A stretch of DNA of 63,835 nt, filler included, from Chiloscyllium plagiosum (lineage: Eukaryota), in NCBI RefSeq assembly GCF_004010195.1. It is 4 parts of one record of this genome, joined end to end, with 100 filler letters (N's around TTAATTAATTAA, not from the genome) between each part and the next. Parts side by side here need not be neighbours in the genome. Positions count along the whole stretch, not along the records: positions 49,459 to 60,064 come from NC_057716.1; positions 60,165 to 63,835 come from NC_057716.1; 2 more parts are not named here. One strand, written 5' to 3'. Positions within the stretch are counted from its first letter, which is position 1, and the number at the start of each line of letters is the position of its first letter. The notes beneath the pieces are model-generated. The model did no database searches, was not told the origin of the DNA, and saw only the letters and a program-made list of their open reading frames with translations. This document shows, one piece after another, positions 52,098-63,835 of the stretch. The translations under genes were made by a program, and so were the position numbers.

Positions 52098-54438
52098 TTG
52101 TGTGAGAATTGAAGTGTGGCCTTTCTTGGCATTGATTCAGATTCTCCAAGTAATTATTCGATTGTTGAGATGAGGTTCTGTCTAGTGAGCAGCGTGACAG
52201 GGCTATTAACAGTAATTATTCCTCTTTATCACTGAATCCTGCCCCTGCAGGCTCCTATTCTACCACCCATTGGGTAGAAACCAGATGCCAAGAGTTCCCA
52301 ACATGAATGTCCAAGCGGGTATCTGGCGATTCCAGCTTGTTGCTCACTCCCCAGGACTTCCATCTGGGACTCCTGGCACCAAACACCAAAGTCTCAAGGT
52401 GCCTGCATGGCCGGTGACTGTACAACTCCCCCACTACCCACCCCCCCCCCACCAATCCACAGAAGAAAGGTCGAGGAAGGGGAGGGAGGAATCTGAGACT
52501 GTCCAGGTGAATTTGAGGTCGGGGTGCAGAGGCTGCATATTGGAATGTATCTGCACTATCATTAGAATGCCACTGCAAAGACACTTTATGCAGACAGACA
52601 GGCACCCAGGGCATGGATCGGACCAGGCTATATGTCAGGGTTGCTTGCTTGCTCTCTTCGAGTACACTCACAGGAGGCTCACTGCATCACTGCCTCACTT
52701 CTTAATGCTTTGTCCCCTCAGTTAGAATTTAAAGACTCACAGTTCTATTGCACTCCCTTGCAGTTTAGCACGGCCACAAAGCTAGACAGTTTGCTTTGCT
52801 TGTCAGCAGTGATCAAACAAGCGGCTGGACATCTCACTGTACACCACCCTGGTATGTCAGTCTCACAGCTGCACCATGTACCAACAGCTCACACAGCAAG
52901 CATGTCCTACAAGCTAACAGCCACATCTCACTCTCTAAAGGAAGTAGTCCTCAGTCACGTCCAGAAGGAGTCGTCTTCAGCTCGCACAGTATTTCGAGAT
53001 CAGCCTCTGATAGCAGTCTAGGGGGCTTGGGCATAATCAGTCGGCCATTCAGAACAGTCAAGGTCAGGGAGTCTGTACATCAACAGGTTGGGCAGTGTCA
53101 CCCCTATGGGTCCAGTGTAACCAGTCTGGGGAATTATAGGAACACAGTCAGGGTGCTGTACAGATATGAGTCAGGGGTCTGTTTGTGCATTGTTTGTGAC
53201 TGTGTAGCTAAGTTACTCAAAGTGGTGAGCCATTGTCAGTCTTAGAGGGGGGGGATCTGTCCACTGAACGTTAACAGTGAAAATGGGGGGAGATGTGAAG
53301 ACTGTTACGAGGAGCTATCGTTGTGGGAAGGAGGTTGAGGAACACAATCGAGAGGATTGCAGGTAGAATGCTGGGATGTACAATATTGAAGTGGGGTATC
53401 TCAATATATAAGGGAGGGAGATAACAGAGCTTGGGAGGGAGTGGAGTAATGCAGGGGCTGGGGATTGTTGATGGTAAGCAGCATGCTGACTTCCATGGTG
53501 CATCAGAGCACTACTTTGTAATACATGGGTCAGGATGGGTGGGAGAGTGTTGGCAATGTGGACTGATGCAGACTTACACAGATAGATTGGGTGAGAACTG
53601 GGGAAGACCGAACCCTATGGAATTGATGGGAGGGCTATCAGGAAGGGAACCTTTATGTTTGAGGATTCACCAATGCGAGAGGTGGAGCATGAATCTGTGT
53701 CCAAAGACGGTCGCTTTTGCCTTCCATCATTCTGTAATAACAGAGATGGAGATGAAAAATGGCTGTGGCCACATTTGGAATTGGGGTAAGTGCTTCATTT
53801 TGTGAGGAAGTTTGAACAATGTAAAGTCCTTCAAAGGGTAACAACATTACACAGACACCCCTACATTGGAGATGGCACTGTCCTGTGAGCACTATGTTCC
53901 TTGTGAGCCCTAGTACCTATCCTTTGCCCTAAGTACTCCTGATCATATCATGCAAGATAACAATCAATCTCAAAAACCCCTGTAATACAACTGCAATGAT
54001 TGGCTACGTGGAAAGATCAACACTACCTGCAAAAGTAGCAATGACCAGCCATTGTCCCATTGCCTGTCTATGGTGAGTATGGTGCACTCAGTTCACACTG
54101 AGTAAGGATGAGTGCACTCTACACCTTCAGTGCTGTAGTTGCAGCTAGACAGAGACTCAGACACACAGTTGATGGTAAAAGGTGAACAAATATTTGCAAA
54201 TGTGTTAATGTATTCACAGTGATGTGTCACTGTACCACCAATATGCTCTTAAAAGATCTACCTCTCCCCTTCCCTCCCACTTCGCCATAGTGTAGTTCCA
54301 TGGTCTGCAGCAAGGGTGAGTAGCCAGTACCTCAGTGGACCCAGCAGGTTTGGTTGGGCAATACCATTGGCATTTCTGTCCAGAGGGCCCAGGGGTGCTG
54401 CATGTGTCCTGCTCAGAAGTAGGTTAAACGCCACTGAC

Positions 54439-55849
54439 CTGAACTCCCATGGGGAGAAAGTGAGGTCTGCAGATGCTGGAGATCAGAGCTGAAAATGTGT
54501 TGCTGGAAAAACGCAGCAGGTCAGGCAGCATCCAGGGAACAGGAGAATCGACGTTTTGGGCATAAGCCCTTCTTCAGGAATGAGGAAAGTTTGTCCAGCA
54601 GGCTAAGATAAAAGGTAGGGATGAGGGACTTGGGGGAGGGGTGTCGGAAATGCGATAGGTGAAAAGAGGTCAAGGTGAGGGTGATAGGTCAGAATGGGGT
54701 GGGGGCGGAGAGGTCAGGAAGAAGATTGCAGGTTAGGAAGGCGGTGCTGAGTTCGATGGATTTGACTGAGACAAGGTGGGGGAGGAGAAATGAGGAAACT
54801 GGTGAAATCCGAGTTCATCCCTTGTGGTTGGAGGGTTCCTAGGCGGAAGATGAGGTGCTCTTCCTCCAACCGTCGTNNNNNNNNNNNNNNNNNNNNNNNN
54901 NNNNNNNNNNNNNNNNNNNNNNNNNNNNNNNNNNNNNNNNNNNNNNNNNNNNNNNNNNNNNNNNNNNNNNNNNNNNNNNNNNNNNNNNNNNNNNNNNNNN
55001 NNNNNNNNNNNNNNNNNNNNNNNNNNNNNNNNNNNNNNNNNNNNNNNNNNNNNNNNNNNNNNNNNNNNNNNNNNNNNNNNNNNNNNNNNNNNNNNNNNNN
55101 NNNNNNNNNNNNNNNNNNNNNNNNNNNNNNNNNNNNNNNNNNNNNNNNNNNNNNNNNNNNNNNNNNNNNNNNNNNNNNNNNNNNNNNNNNNNNNNNNNNN
55201 NNNNNNNNNNNNNNNNNNNNNNNNNNNNNNNNNNNNNNNNNNNNNNNNNNNNNNNNNNNNNNNNNNNNNNNNNNNNNNNNNNNNNNNNNNNNNNNNNNNN
55301 NNNNNNNNNNNNNNNNNNNNNNNNNNNNNNNNNNNNNNNNNNNNNNNNNNNNNNNNNNNNNNNNNNNNNNNNNNNNNNNNNNNNNNNNNNNNNNNNNNNN
55401 NNNNNNNNNNNNNNNNNNNNNNNNNNNNNNNNNNNNNNNNNNNNNNNNNNNNNNNNNNNNNNNNNNNNNNNNNNNNNNNNNNNNNNNNNNNNNNNNNNNN
55501 NNNNNNNNNNNNNNNNNNNNNNNNNNNNNNNNNNNNNNNNNNNNNNNNNNNNNNNNNNATCCATCGAACTCAGCACCGCCTTCCTAACCTGCAATCTTCT
55601 TCCTGACCTCTCCGCCCCCACCCCATTCTGACCTATCACCCTCACCTTGACCTCTTTCCACCTATCGCATTTCTGACACCCCTCCCCCAAGTCCCTCCTC
55701 CCTACCTTTTATCTTAGCCTGCTGGACAAACTTTCCTCATGCCTGAAGAAGGGCTTATGCCCGAAACGTCGATTCTCCTGTTCCCTGGATGCTGCTTGAC
55801 CTGCTGCGCTTTTCCAGCAACACATTTTCAGCTCTGAACTCCCATGGGG
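54439..55849. mobile_element. Young PLE insertion with inverted terminal arms and a 16-bp duplication (centre is an N gap)
   Basis: The left arm (about 54483-54761) is the reverse complement of the right arm (55559-55837); ctgaactcccatgggg occurs at 54439-54454 and 55834-55849. Confidence 0.85.
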
Positions 55850-56990
55850 CTGAGGCTGCAGATAGGGTGGAGGTAGGACAACCATTTCTTTCTGGAGTGT
55901 CTTGACAGGAGACTCCTGGATGGCTGTCTGTGGCATCACATCAGGACCATGGAGTGAGGTCCCTTGCTTTCCCGTCGCCTTGCTGTGAGCACCAATGGCT
56001 GGAGCTGAGGGGTGCAGTGCAGTGTGTATATCCAGGAAACTCAGAAACATTTTGAAATGGCTCTCCATGGCAGCTGCCAACCTGTCCATGGAGTTAGTCA
56101 CATCCTCTGCCTGAGGCAGCAAACCACACTTGTGCAGTCCCACCATTATGTCCAGTGCCCACGATAAATTCTGCCAGCTACATCCTGAGCCTTTGTACGA
56201 AGTCCTTAAATACCAACATTAGGGGGTCCTTTCCTGCTTGGGGCTGAGTTGGTGCCTGGTTTTGGGCTGCCCTCCAAGTGCCATGATTCGGAGCATTCTC
56301 GTGACCAGCTGCGGAGATGTGGCAGTGAAGTGCTCACTAGCAGGAGCCCCCCCCATGCCAACTCTAATACCCACCAAGGTGCCAGTATCTGTGCTCCTGG
56401 AGGGTGCAGGAGACAGCCTTGCTGGTCCACCCTCTGTGGGATCTGTGGCTTCTTCCTCTGAGGTGGATGAGGAAATGTTTATTGGGGTTTGCTGGAAACC
56501 TTGTTGTCAACAGTTCAAAAGTGCTCACTAGCAGGAGCCCCCCCATGCCAACTCTAATACCCACCAAGGTGCCAGTATCTGTGCTCCTGGAGGGTGCAGG
56601 AGGCAGCCTTGCTGGTCCACCCTCTGTGGGATCTGTGGCTTCTTCCTCTGAGGTGGATGAGGAAATGTTTATTGGGGTTTGCTGGAAACCTTGTTGTCAA
56701 CAGTTCAAAATTGTGGCATGCTAACAAAAAGGGCACAGTTGAGTTCATGGGAGACGCACAACAATGAATATCATTCCTTACTTGGTTATCAGGTCACGGA
56801 GACTTTCATATCCCCACAGAGGGGTCCCAGTCTTTGCCAGACATCATCAAGGCACCCCCCTCGTAGGAGCTGAGGAGACCAATATCTGGCACCACAACCT
56901 CCACCTTGGTTCTTGCAGCCCTGTTATAGGCCACTTTCTCCTGGGCTAAAAGAAAGGGAGGGACTGAGTGAGATGAAATAAAACATGGAA
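55850..56990 (-). mobile_element. Probable PIF/Harbinger relic (Myb/SANT-like accessory gene fragments)
   Basis: Minus-strand exon-like block at about 56785-56946 with a pyrimidine-rich acceptor and GTAAG donor; QEKVAYNRAARTKVEVVVPDIGLLSSYE resembles the segment following the Myb/SANT domain in Harbinger accessory proteins. Confidence 0.4.
56330..56710. repeat. Tandem duplication, 191 + 190 bp
   Basis: 56330-56520 versus 56521-56710 differ by one C in a run and one A/G substitution. Confidence 0.95.
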
Positions 56991-57610
56991 CACACAACAG
57001 TAGAGCACAGAATCGGACTCTTCGGCTTAAATGGAATAAATCCCTTCTGCCTGCCCTTGGTCCATATCCCTCCATTCCTTGCATATTCATGTGCTTATCT
57101 CAAAGTCTCTTAAACATCCCTATCGTATCTGCCTCCAACACCACACTTGGCAGCAGGTACCAGACTCCTATCACTCTCTGTGTAAAAAACCTACCTTTCA
57201 TGTTTCCTTTGAACGTTTCTGCTCTCACCTTAAATGCATGCCCCCTTGTATTAGACATTTCAACTCTTGGAAAACGATTTTGACTGTCAATCCTGTCAGT
57301 GCGTTTCATAATTTTATAAACTTCTATCAATTCTCCCCTCAGTCTCCGCTGCTCAAGAGAAAACAACTAGAGTTTGTCTAGCCTCTTCATATAGCTTATG
57401 CTCTCTAATCCAGGAAGCATCCTGGTAGACTTCTTCTGTCCCCTGTCCAAAGCCTCCACATCCTTCCATTGTAATATGGCGACCAGAATTGAACTCAATA
57501 TTCTCTGTTTGGCCCAATCAAAATTACAGCGCAGTACAGGCCCTTCCGCCTTCAAAGCTGCAACATGACATCCTGACTCTTGTATTCCATTTTCCAACCA
57601 ATAAAGGCTT
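56985..57610 (-). mobile_element. CR1 3' fragment
   Basis: FSLEQRRLRGELIEVYKIM...FFTQRVIGVW. Confidence 0.9.
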
Positions 57611-57889
57611 CCTTTACTGTTACAACACGGCTGTGAGCCCCTCTGTTAATTAAACCAAACACCCAGAAAAACTCACCTCAACTTGTAATCTGTTAAAGTA
57701 CGAGTGACAGAGAACTCCCAAATTCCACTGTTTCAAGAAAATAATATTAATTTATTCCTTAACTCTAAAGTGAACATTAAGCAAAAACTATTTACAACTC
57801 TCAGCCCCCTTTCTCTTAACTGCTTATTATCTGCCTCCAACTTTATAACAATGCACTGTTCCAATAAAAAAAAGTATCAAAGTTACATC

Positions 57890-58150
57890 AGGTTCCATCC
57901 CAGCCTCGGGCAACTGTCTATGTGGAGTTTTCACATTCTCCTCGTGTCTGCGTGGGTTTCCTCCGGGTGCTCCGGTTTAATCCCACAGTCCAAAGATGTG
58001 CAGGTCAGGTGGATTGGCCATGCTAAATTGCCCATAGTGTTAAGTGCATTAGTCAGAGAGAAATGAGTCTGGGTGGGTTACTCTTTGGAGGGTCAGTGTG
58101 GACTTGTTGGTCCGAAGGGCCTGTTTCCACGCTGTAGGGAATCTAATCCA
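57890..58150 (+). mobile_element. HE1/V-SINE (5'-truncated)
   Basis: V core and tail as in 4483-4787. Confidence 0.85.
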
Positions 58151-58261
58151 AATAAACCTTAATTTCAAAACCATTGTTGGTGTCTGTCTTCTTAATGGCT
58201 GGAGATCTCCCTGCTCATTGTCTTTGTTTTGCTGTAAATATTTTTTACATATAAAAGATAT

Positions 58262-58550
58262 TAGTCATAGAGTCATAGAGATGTACAGCATGGAAACAGA
58301 CACTTTGGTCCAACCCAATCTAGTCCCACCTGCCAGCACCCGGCCCATATTCTGCCCTGCACAAAGCCATGCTGACAGTCCCTAATTAGGCCACGCTTTT
58401 CCAAATGTGTGAAAGTAATATCCCTAAGAATTCTCTCCAATAGTTTCCCAACCACTGATGTGAGACTCACCAGTCAATAGTTTCCTGAATTATCCCTATT
58501 TCATTTCTTGAACAGAGGAACAACATTAGCCACTTGCCAGTCCTCTGGGA
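58262..58550 (-). mobile_element. CR1 fragment with the 3' tail joined to an RT N-terminal piece
   Basis: agtcatagagtcatagag tail, then SLTSVVGKLLERILRD...QHGF. Confidence 0.75.
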
Positions 58551-59250
58551 TGACATAATGGGCAGTGCTGGTAGACATGGAGGGAAGGTGGTGAGGTGGC
58601 TCAAGTCAGTGAGTAGACTGCTGAAAGGGCTGACAGGATTTCTAATGTGGAGGACTGGGTGGGTGACAGTAAATGAGGGAACACTGAAAGCAATGGTGAG
58701 AGTGGTAGAGCGTGCGCCTTGGTGGGGGGTCGGTGGAATAACAGTGATAGAGCGAGTGTGAAGTAGCCAAATGAAGATGGTGGCACTTATTTTGGTACAG
58801 CAGAAAAGGTAATTAACCTGCTTTCTGCATTGTTGGAACTTCCTTCAGACTATGGAGGTCACACTGACTCAGGTAGCAACCTTGGACCAGATAGGAAGGG
58901 TCTGGCATTGTGGCTTCTTCTGTTGATCAGTTTGGGAAGAGGACATCCTTTCACTGCACCAGTCCAGCCACAAAAACCTCCAGGTCCCTGTCCAAAATGC
59001 AGAATGTTAATTTCTCCTTCTCTGCTATGTCTGGGGCAAATGTTTCGAACCATGTAGGACAGCTTCAGATTGACAGAGCTTTTCCAACCTTGGAAAGATG
59101 GTGCTAATGCCAGGATTCCTGGGATATCCACGCAGTGCTGAATGGTTATAGCTAACAGGAAAAGGGACGAGCATTGGTAATAGAGATGTGGTCGTTGTAG
59201 TTCAGAAGGCAAGTTTTGGTTAATAGTGCAAGAAAATGTTTTCAGTCTGA

Positions 59251-59351
59251 CAGACAGAAATGGGCTTATGCCCGAAACGTCGATTCTCCTGCTCCTTTGA
59301 TGCTGCCTGACCTGCTGCGCTTTTCCAGCAACACATTTTTCAGACAGAAAT
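59251..59351 (+). mobile_element. About 80-bp PLE terminus with 11-bp TSD
   Basis: cagacagaaat at 59251-59261 and 59341-59351 flanks gggcttatgcccgaaacgtcgatt...aacacatttt. Confidence 0.8.
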
Positions 59352-59827
59352 CTTTGTTGAAACTCAGTGAAAATAACATTTCGCCAAAAAGTGATGAGAT
59401 TCAGCTCATAAAGTTGGTTTCAGTATTCACAATAGTTTCCGATGCCCCATTCACCACTGCTGCACCATTGGCAATCCCTACTTCTAGCAAGTTATGGCAT
59501 TAAAAAGTTTGAGTTCAATGGGCTGGATGCCCTCCTGCTGTGCTGTGATGATTCTATAGACTAATGGGTGCCAAAAGAGGGGGATGTTCTGATATTGGGC
59601 TCAGTTTTGGACAGTCAGACAGGAAGCTGGACTTTGCTGCATTATTGCCAGAGGGCAGTCATTTTTTCTTCGGACGTTGGAATTGTCGGCACGGCCAGCC
59701 TCTGTGGCCTGTCCCTAATTTCCCTTGATCTGAGTGGCTTACTAGGCCATTTCAGAGGCAGTTATAGGTCAACAAAATTGTTTTGGATCTGGAGTCACTT
59801 GTAAACCAGACTAGGTAAGGATGGCTG

Positions 59828-61050
59828 ATCCTGGATTAGTGGTGCTGGAAGAGCACAGCAGTTCAGGCAGCATCCAAGGAGCTTCGAAATCGATGTTTTG
59901 GGCAAAAGCCCTTCATCAGGAATAAAGGCAGAGAGCCTGAAGTGTGTGGATAGATAAGCTAGAGGAGGGTGGGAGAAAGTAGCATAGAGTACAATGGGTG
60001 AGTGGGGGAGGGGATGAAGGTGATAGGTCAGGGAGGAGAGGGTGGAGTGGATAGGTGAAAAAGGNNNNNNNNNNNNNNNNNNNNNNNNNNNNNNNNNNNN
60101 NNNNNNNNTTAATTAATTAANNNNNNNNNNNNNNNNNNNNNNNNNNNNNNNNNNNNNNNNNNNNAGATGCGTTGGAGGGCATCTTTAATCACGTGGGAAG
60201 GGAAATTGCGGTCTCTAAAGAAGGAGGCCATCTGGTGTGTTCTGTGATGGAACTGGTCCTCCTGGGAGCAGATACGGCGGAGGCAGAGGAATTGGGAATA
60301 CGGGATGGCATTTTTGCAAGATGTAGGGTGGGAAGAGGTGTAATCCAGAGAGTTGTGGGAGTCGGTGGGTTTGTAAAAAATGTCAGTGTCAAGTCGGTCA
60401 TCATTGATGGAGTTGGAGAGGTCCAGGAAGGGGAGGGAGGTGTCAGAGATGGTCCAGGTAAATTTAAGGTCAGGGTGGAATGTGTTGGTGAAGTTGATGA
60501 ATTCCTCAAACTCCTCATGGGAGCAGGAGGTGGCGCCAATGCAGTCATCAATGTAGCAGAGGAAGAGGTGGGGAGTGGTGCCGGTGTAATTACGGAAGGT
60601 CAACTGTTCTACGTAGCCAACAAAGAGACAGGCATAGCTGGGGCCCATACGTGTGCCCATGGCTACCCCTTTGGTCTGGAGGAAGTGGGAGGATTCGATG
60701 GAGAAATTGTTAAGGGTGAGGACCAGTTCGGCCAAACGAATGACAGTATTGGTGGAAGGGTACTGTTGGGGACGACGGGAGAGGAAAGAACGTAGGGCTT
60801 AGAGGCCCTGGTCATGGCGTATGGAGGTGTAGAGGGATTGGATATCCATGGTGAATTTTGGGGGCCGGGGAAACAGAAGTCTTGAAGGAGGTGGAGGGTG
60901 TGAGTGGTGTCTCGAACGTATGTGGGGAGTTCCTGGACTAGGGGGATAGGACAGTGTCGAGGTAGGTAGTGATGAGTTCAGTGGGGCAGGAGCATGCTGA
61001 GACAATGGGTCAGCCAGGGTGGTCAGGCTTGTGGATCTTGGGAAGGTCTG
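59828..61050 (-). mobile_element. Penelope-like retroelement: RT region plus terminal repeat across a linker gap
   Basis: FTMDIQSLYTSI, FLQTKGVAMGTRMGPSYACLF, YIDD, LPFLD, YKPT, AIPYSQFLCLRRICS; terminal repeat 59828-60064 has a hammerhead-like core. Confidence 0.92.
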
Positions 61051-61144
61051 GAATAAGGTCAAACACGAGAGGGATTCATTGGTGCTGCAAGGCCAAAGGA
61101 AGTAGCTGTTGGGCAAGTCAAGAAACAAGTAGGACTAGTCTGGG

Positions 61145-62005
61145 TTAAACACGGGATAGATGCTCCCAGTGACAAGGGAGTCCACAACTATGGGTCACAG
61201 GCCAAAGAATATGAGTTAGGCCATTTAGGACTGAGATGAGGAGGAATGTCTTCACCCAGAGAGTGGTGAGCCTGTGGAAAACTCTGCCACACAAAACAGT
61301 TGAGGCCGAAATGTTGAATGTTTTCAAGAAGGAGATAGACACAGTGCTGAGAGCTAAAGGGATCAAAGGGCATGGGGAGAAAGCAGGAATACGGGATTGA
61401 GTTGGATGATTAGCTATGATCATAGTGAATGGCAGAGCAAGCTTGAGAGGCTGAATGGGTTCACTGCTGTTCCTATTTCCTGGGGTTTAATGCAAAAGTT
61501 ATGCCTGAGAAGATGTGAAAGGCAGAATGAGGAACAGCTACCAGCCAAAAGTTAAAACATGAGGAAATTAATCCAGTCCCATTTGCCAGCAATTGGCTCA
61601 TATCCCTCTAAACCCTTCCTATTCATATACCCATTCGGGTGACTTTTAAATGTTGCAATTGTACCAGCTTCCACCATTTCCTCTGGGAGCTCATTCCACT
61701 CAGGAACCATCCTCTGCCTGAAAAGGTTGCCCCTTAGGTCCCTTTTAAATCTTTCCCCTCTCACCCTCAACCTATGCCCTCCAGTTCTGGACTCCCACAG
61801 CCCAGGGATAAGACTTTGTCTATTTACCCTATCCATACCCCTCATGATTTTATAAACCTCTATAAGGTTACCCCTCAGCCTCCAATGCTCCAGGGAAAAC
61901 AGTCCCAACTTCTTCAGCCTCTCCCTATAGCCTAAACCCTCCAACCTTGGCAACATTCCTGTAAATCTTTTCTGAACCATTTGAAGTTTCTCAACGTCCT
62001 TCTTC
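61145..62005. mobile_element. Two CR1 3' fragments, tail to tail (+ 61145-61480; - 61565-62005)
   Basis: ttcacccagagagtggtgagcctgtgg; minus-strand ORF RLRGNLIEVYKIMRGMDRV. Confidence 0.85.
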
Positions 62006-63054
62006 TAAGATTCTCCCACAAGAAGAAACATCCTTTTCTGCGTCAACCCAAAACACACCCTCTCAGGATCTTAAGTGTTTCAATTAAGTATTCTCTGACT
62101 CTTCCATTTTGTCTCGACGTCCCTCACCAGAATGTTTGAAGGCAAAAAGGAGGTAAGTGGATTGCACAAAGCCGAACCCAGTCTCCAGCATCATTCCAGT
62201 ATGTCTCTGCTGCAGCCCAACAACTCAGGAAATGACCCGCTCAGCAGTGAGAGACTCCAAACTCAAACCAGCTCACAGATACTTACTGTATTTAAGACAG
62301 AGGAAGATAAGTTCTTGATTAGGAAGGGAATCAAGGGTTACAGAGAGAAAGCAGGAAAATGGAGTTGAGAAACGTATCAAATGGCAAAGCAGCCTCAATG
62401 GGCCGAATGGCTGAATTCCCCTTCTATATCTTATAATCTCAAATCAGTCGAGGTGATAGCCACTTGATCTCTTGAAACTGTTATAAAGTTCCACTCTCCT
62501 CACAATTAATGATGACTGCTTATTTTCAAAGAGAACCTTTTTATCTAAATGCTGCTGGAATGTTGCGGCACTGAAGTGGCATTTTGACAGAGTCTAATTA
62601 CCTATTTCATAGTAAAAATTGATTACACATCTCTATTTGTTCTACTTCAGCTTTGTGTAAAAAAACGGTAAGTGCACTGCACTCTATACAACAGCAGTGG
62701 ACAAACGGCAGACGAGTTTGATGTGGATTTAAGAGAAGATACATCAACTAGTAAAGTCAAAAACAGCAGTCTCTGTTTAATTTTGATACGACACTTTGAG
62801 AAGAGCATGGAGAATATTATATTGTCTGTATGCAACATCATTCTGCTTGTAACATATAACTGATTATTACAGAATAATTCATGAATATTGTTCCATTACT
62901 ACTCAAACATGCTGCTCTTCTTATATGTATAATATCCTGAAAGATTCTTTCATTTTTACCCTCATCTCTGTAAGATATAGACTCACACTGGCATGCAATT
63001 CAATAGGATCTGGCTCTTCACTTGAATTCCAGGTAGGAGGTCTTTTTTGATTTA

Positions 63055-63320
63055 AGAATCCCTACAGAGTGGAAGCAGACCATTCAGCCCATCGCTGCCC
63101 CTCTGATAGTTACCCTATCCCTGTAACCCTGCATTTCCCATGGCTAATCCAACTAACCTGCACATCGTTAGACTGTGGGAGGAAACCAGAGCTCCCTGAG
63201 GAAACCTACACAGACACGGGGAGGATGTGCAAACTCCAAGCAGACAGTCACCTGAGGCTGGAATCGAACCAGGATCCTTGGCACTGTGAGGCAGCAGTGC
63301 TAACCACTGAGCCACCATGA
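63055..63320 (-). mobile_element. HE1/V-SINE
   Basis: Reverse strand atggtggctcagtggttagcactgctgcctcacag...ggttcgattcc. Confidence 0.85.
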
Positions 63321-63689
63321 TACTACATGCTGAGTCCTTCTGACTCTTTTAACATGGAAGGCACTGAAATTGAATTAATCTCGTCATGATCCAAATCTGC
63401 CCAGGAGCACTGCCAAAGAAATCCTGAGTAAAGGACTGTTTCTAGTCTTTAGAGTCATAGAGTCATAGAGAGAGGCTGGAATCGAACCAGGATCCTTGGC
63501 ACTGTGAGGCAGCAGTGCTAACCACTGAGCCACCATGATACTACATGCTGAGTCCTTCTGACTCTTTTAACATGGAAGGCATTGAAATTGAATTAATCTC
63601 GTCATGATCCAAATCTGCCCAGGAGCACTGCCAAAGAAGTCCTGAGTAAAGGACTGTTTCTAGTCTTTAGAGCCATAGAGTCATAGAGA
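63254..63689. repeat. Tandem duplication, about 218-bp unit
   Basis: 63254-63471 versus 63472-63689, with about 3 substitutions and 1 indel. Confidence 0.9.
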
Positions 63690-63835
63690 TGTGCAGCATG
63701 GAAACAAACCCTTCGGTCCAACCCGTCCATGCCGACCAGATATCCCAACCCAATCTAGTCCCAACTGCCAGCATCCGGCCCATATCCCTCCAAACCCTTC
63801 CTATTCATATACCCATCCAAATGCCTCTTAAATGT
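63670..63835 (-). mobile_element. CR1 3' end running off the window
   Basis: Reverse complement of the CR1 3' UTR seen at 20100-20270 and 23580-23740. Confidence 0.9.

Noticed and set aside
58830..59215. Short overlapping ORFs as RIF1 coding exons
   Set aside because: No resemblance to the RIF1 N-terminal HEAT region and no convincing splice sites.
60172..60795. 207-aa plus-strand ORF
   Set aside because: Antisense shadow of the Penelope RT.
1..63835. CRISPR array, retron or other prokaryotic defence system
   Set aside because: The DNA is vertebrate with spliceosomal introns; there are no repeat-spacer arrays, and all RTs are CR1 or Penelope type.

Overview
Eukaryotic, repeat-rich genomic DNA, most likely from a cartilaginous fish (shark). 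This is inferred from the HE1/V-SINE, DeuSINE-like SINE, CR1 and Penelope-like repeat content. Three gene segments lie on the + strand. (1) Seven in-phase coding exons (617-17311, 873 codons) encode the RRM/KH N-terminal half of a PARP14-like protein, behind an IRF/ISRE plus GAS promoter; no macro, WWE or catalytic exons were found. (2) TNFAIP6/TSG-6 exons 3-6 (27334-37756) are intact, but exons 1-2 were not found. (3) A CpG-island promoter with two E2F sites and a non-coding first exon (about 48800-49358) is possibly RIF1, by synteny only. The rest is mostly CR1 LINEs (one full-length, about 4.5 kb), tRNA-derived SINEs, a probable Harbinger relic and many Penelope-like element ends. These ends carry minimal hammerhead-ribozyme motifs, often as fold-back inverted pairs with target-site duplications. 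Three N44-TTAATTAATTAA-N44 blocks are artificial assembly linkers. Exon coordinates were read base by base; repeat boundaries are approximate. No searches or folding were run, so homology calls rest on recognised motifs.
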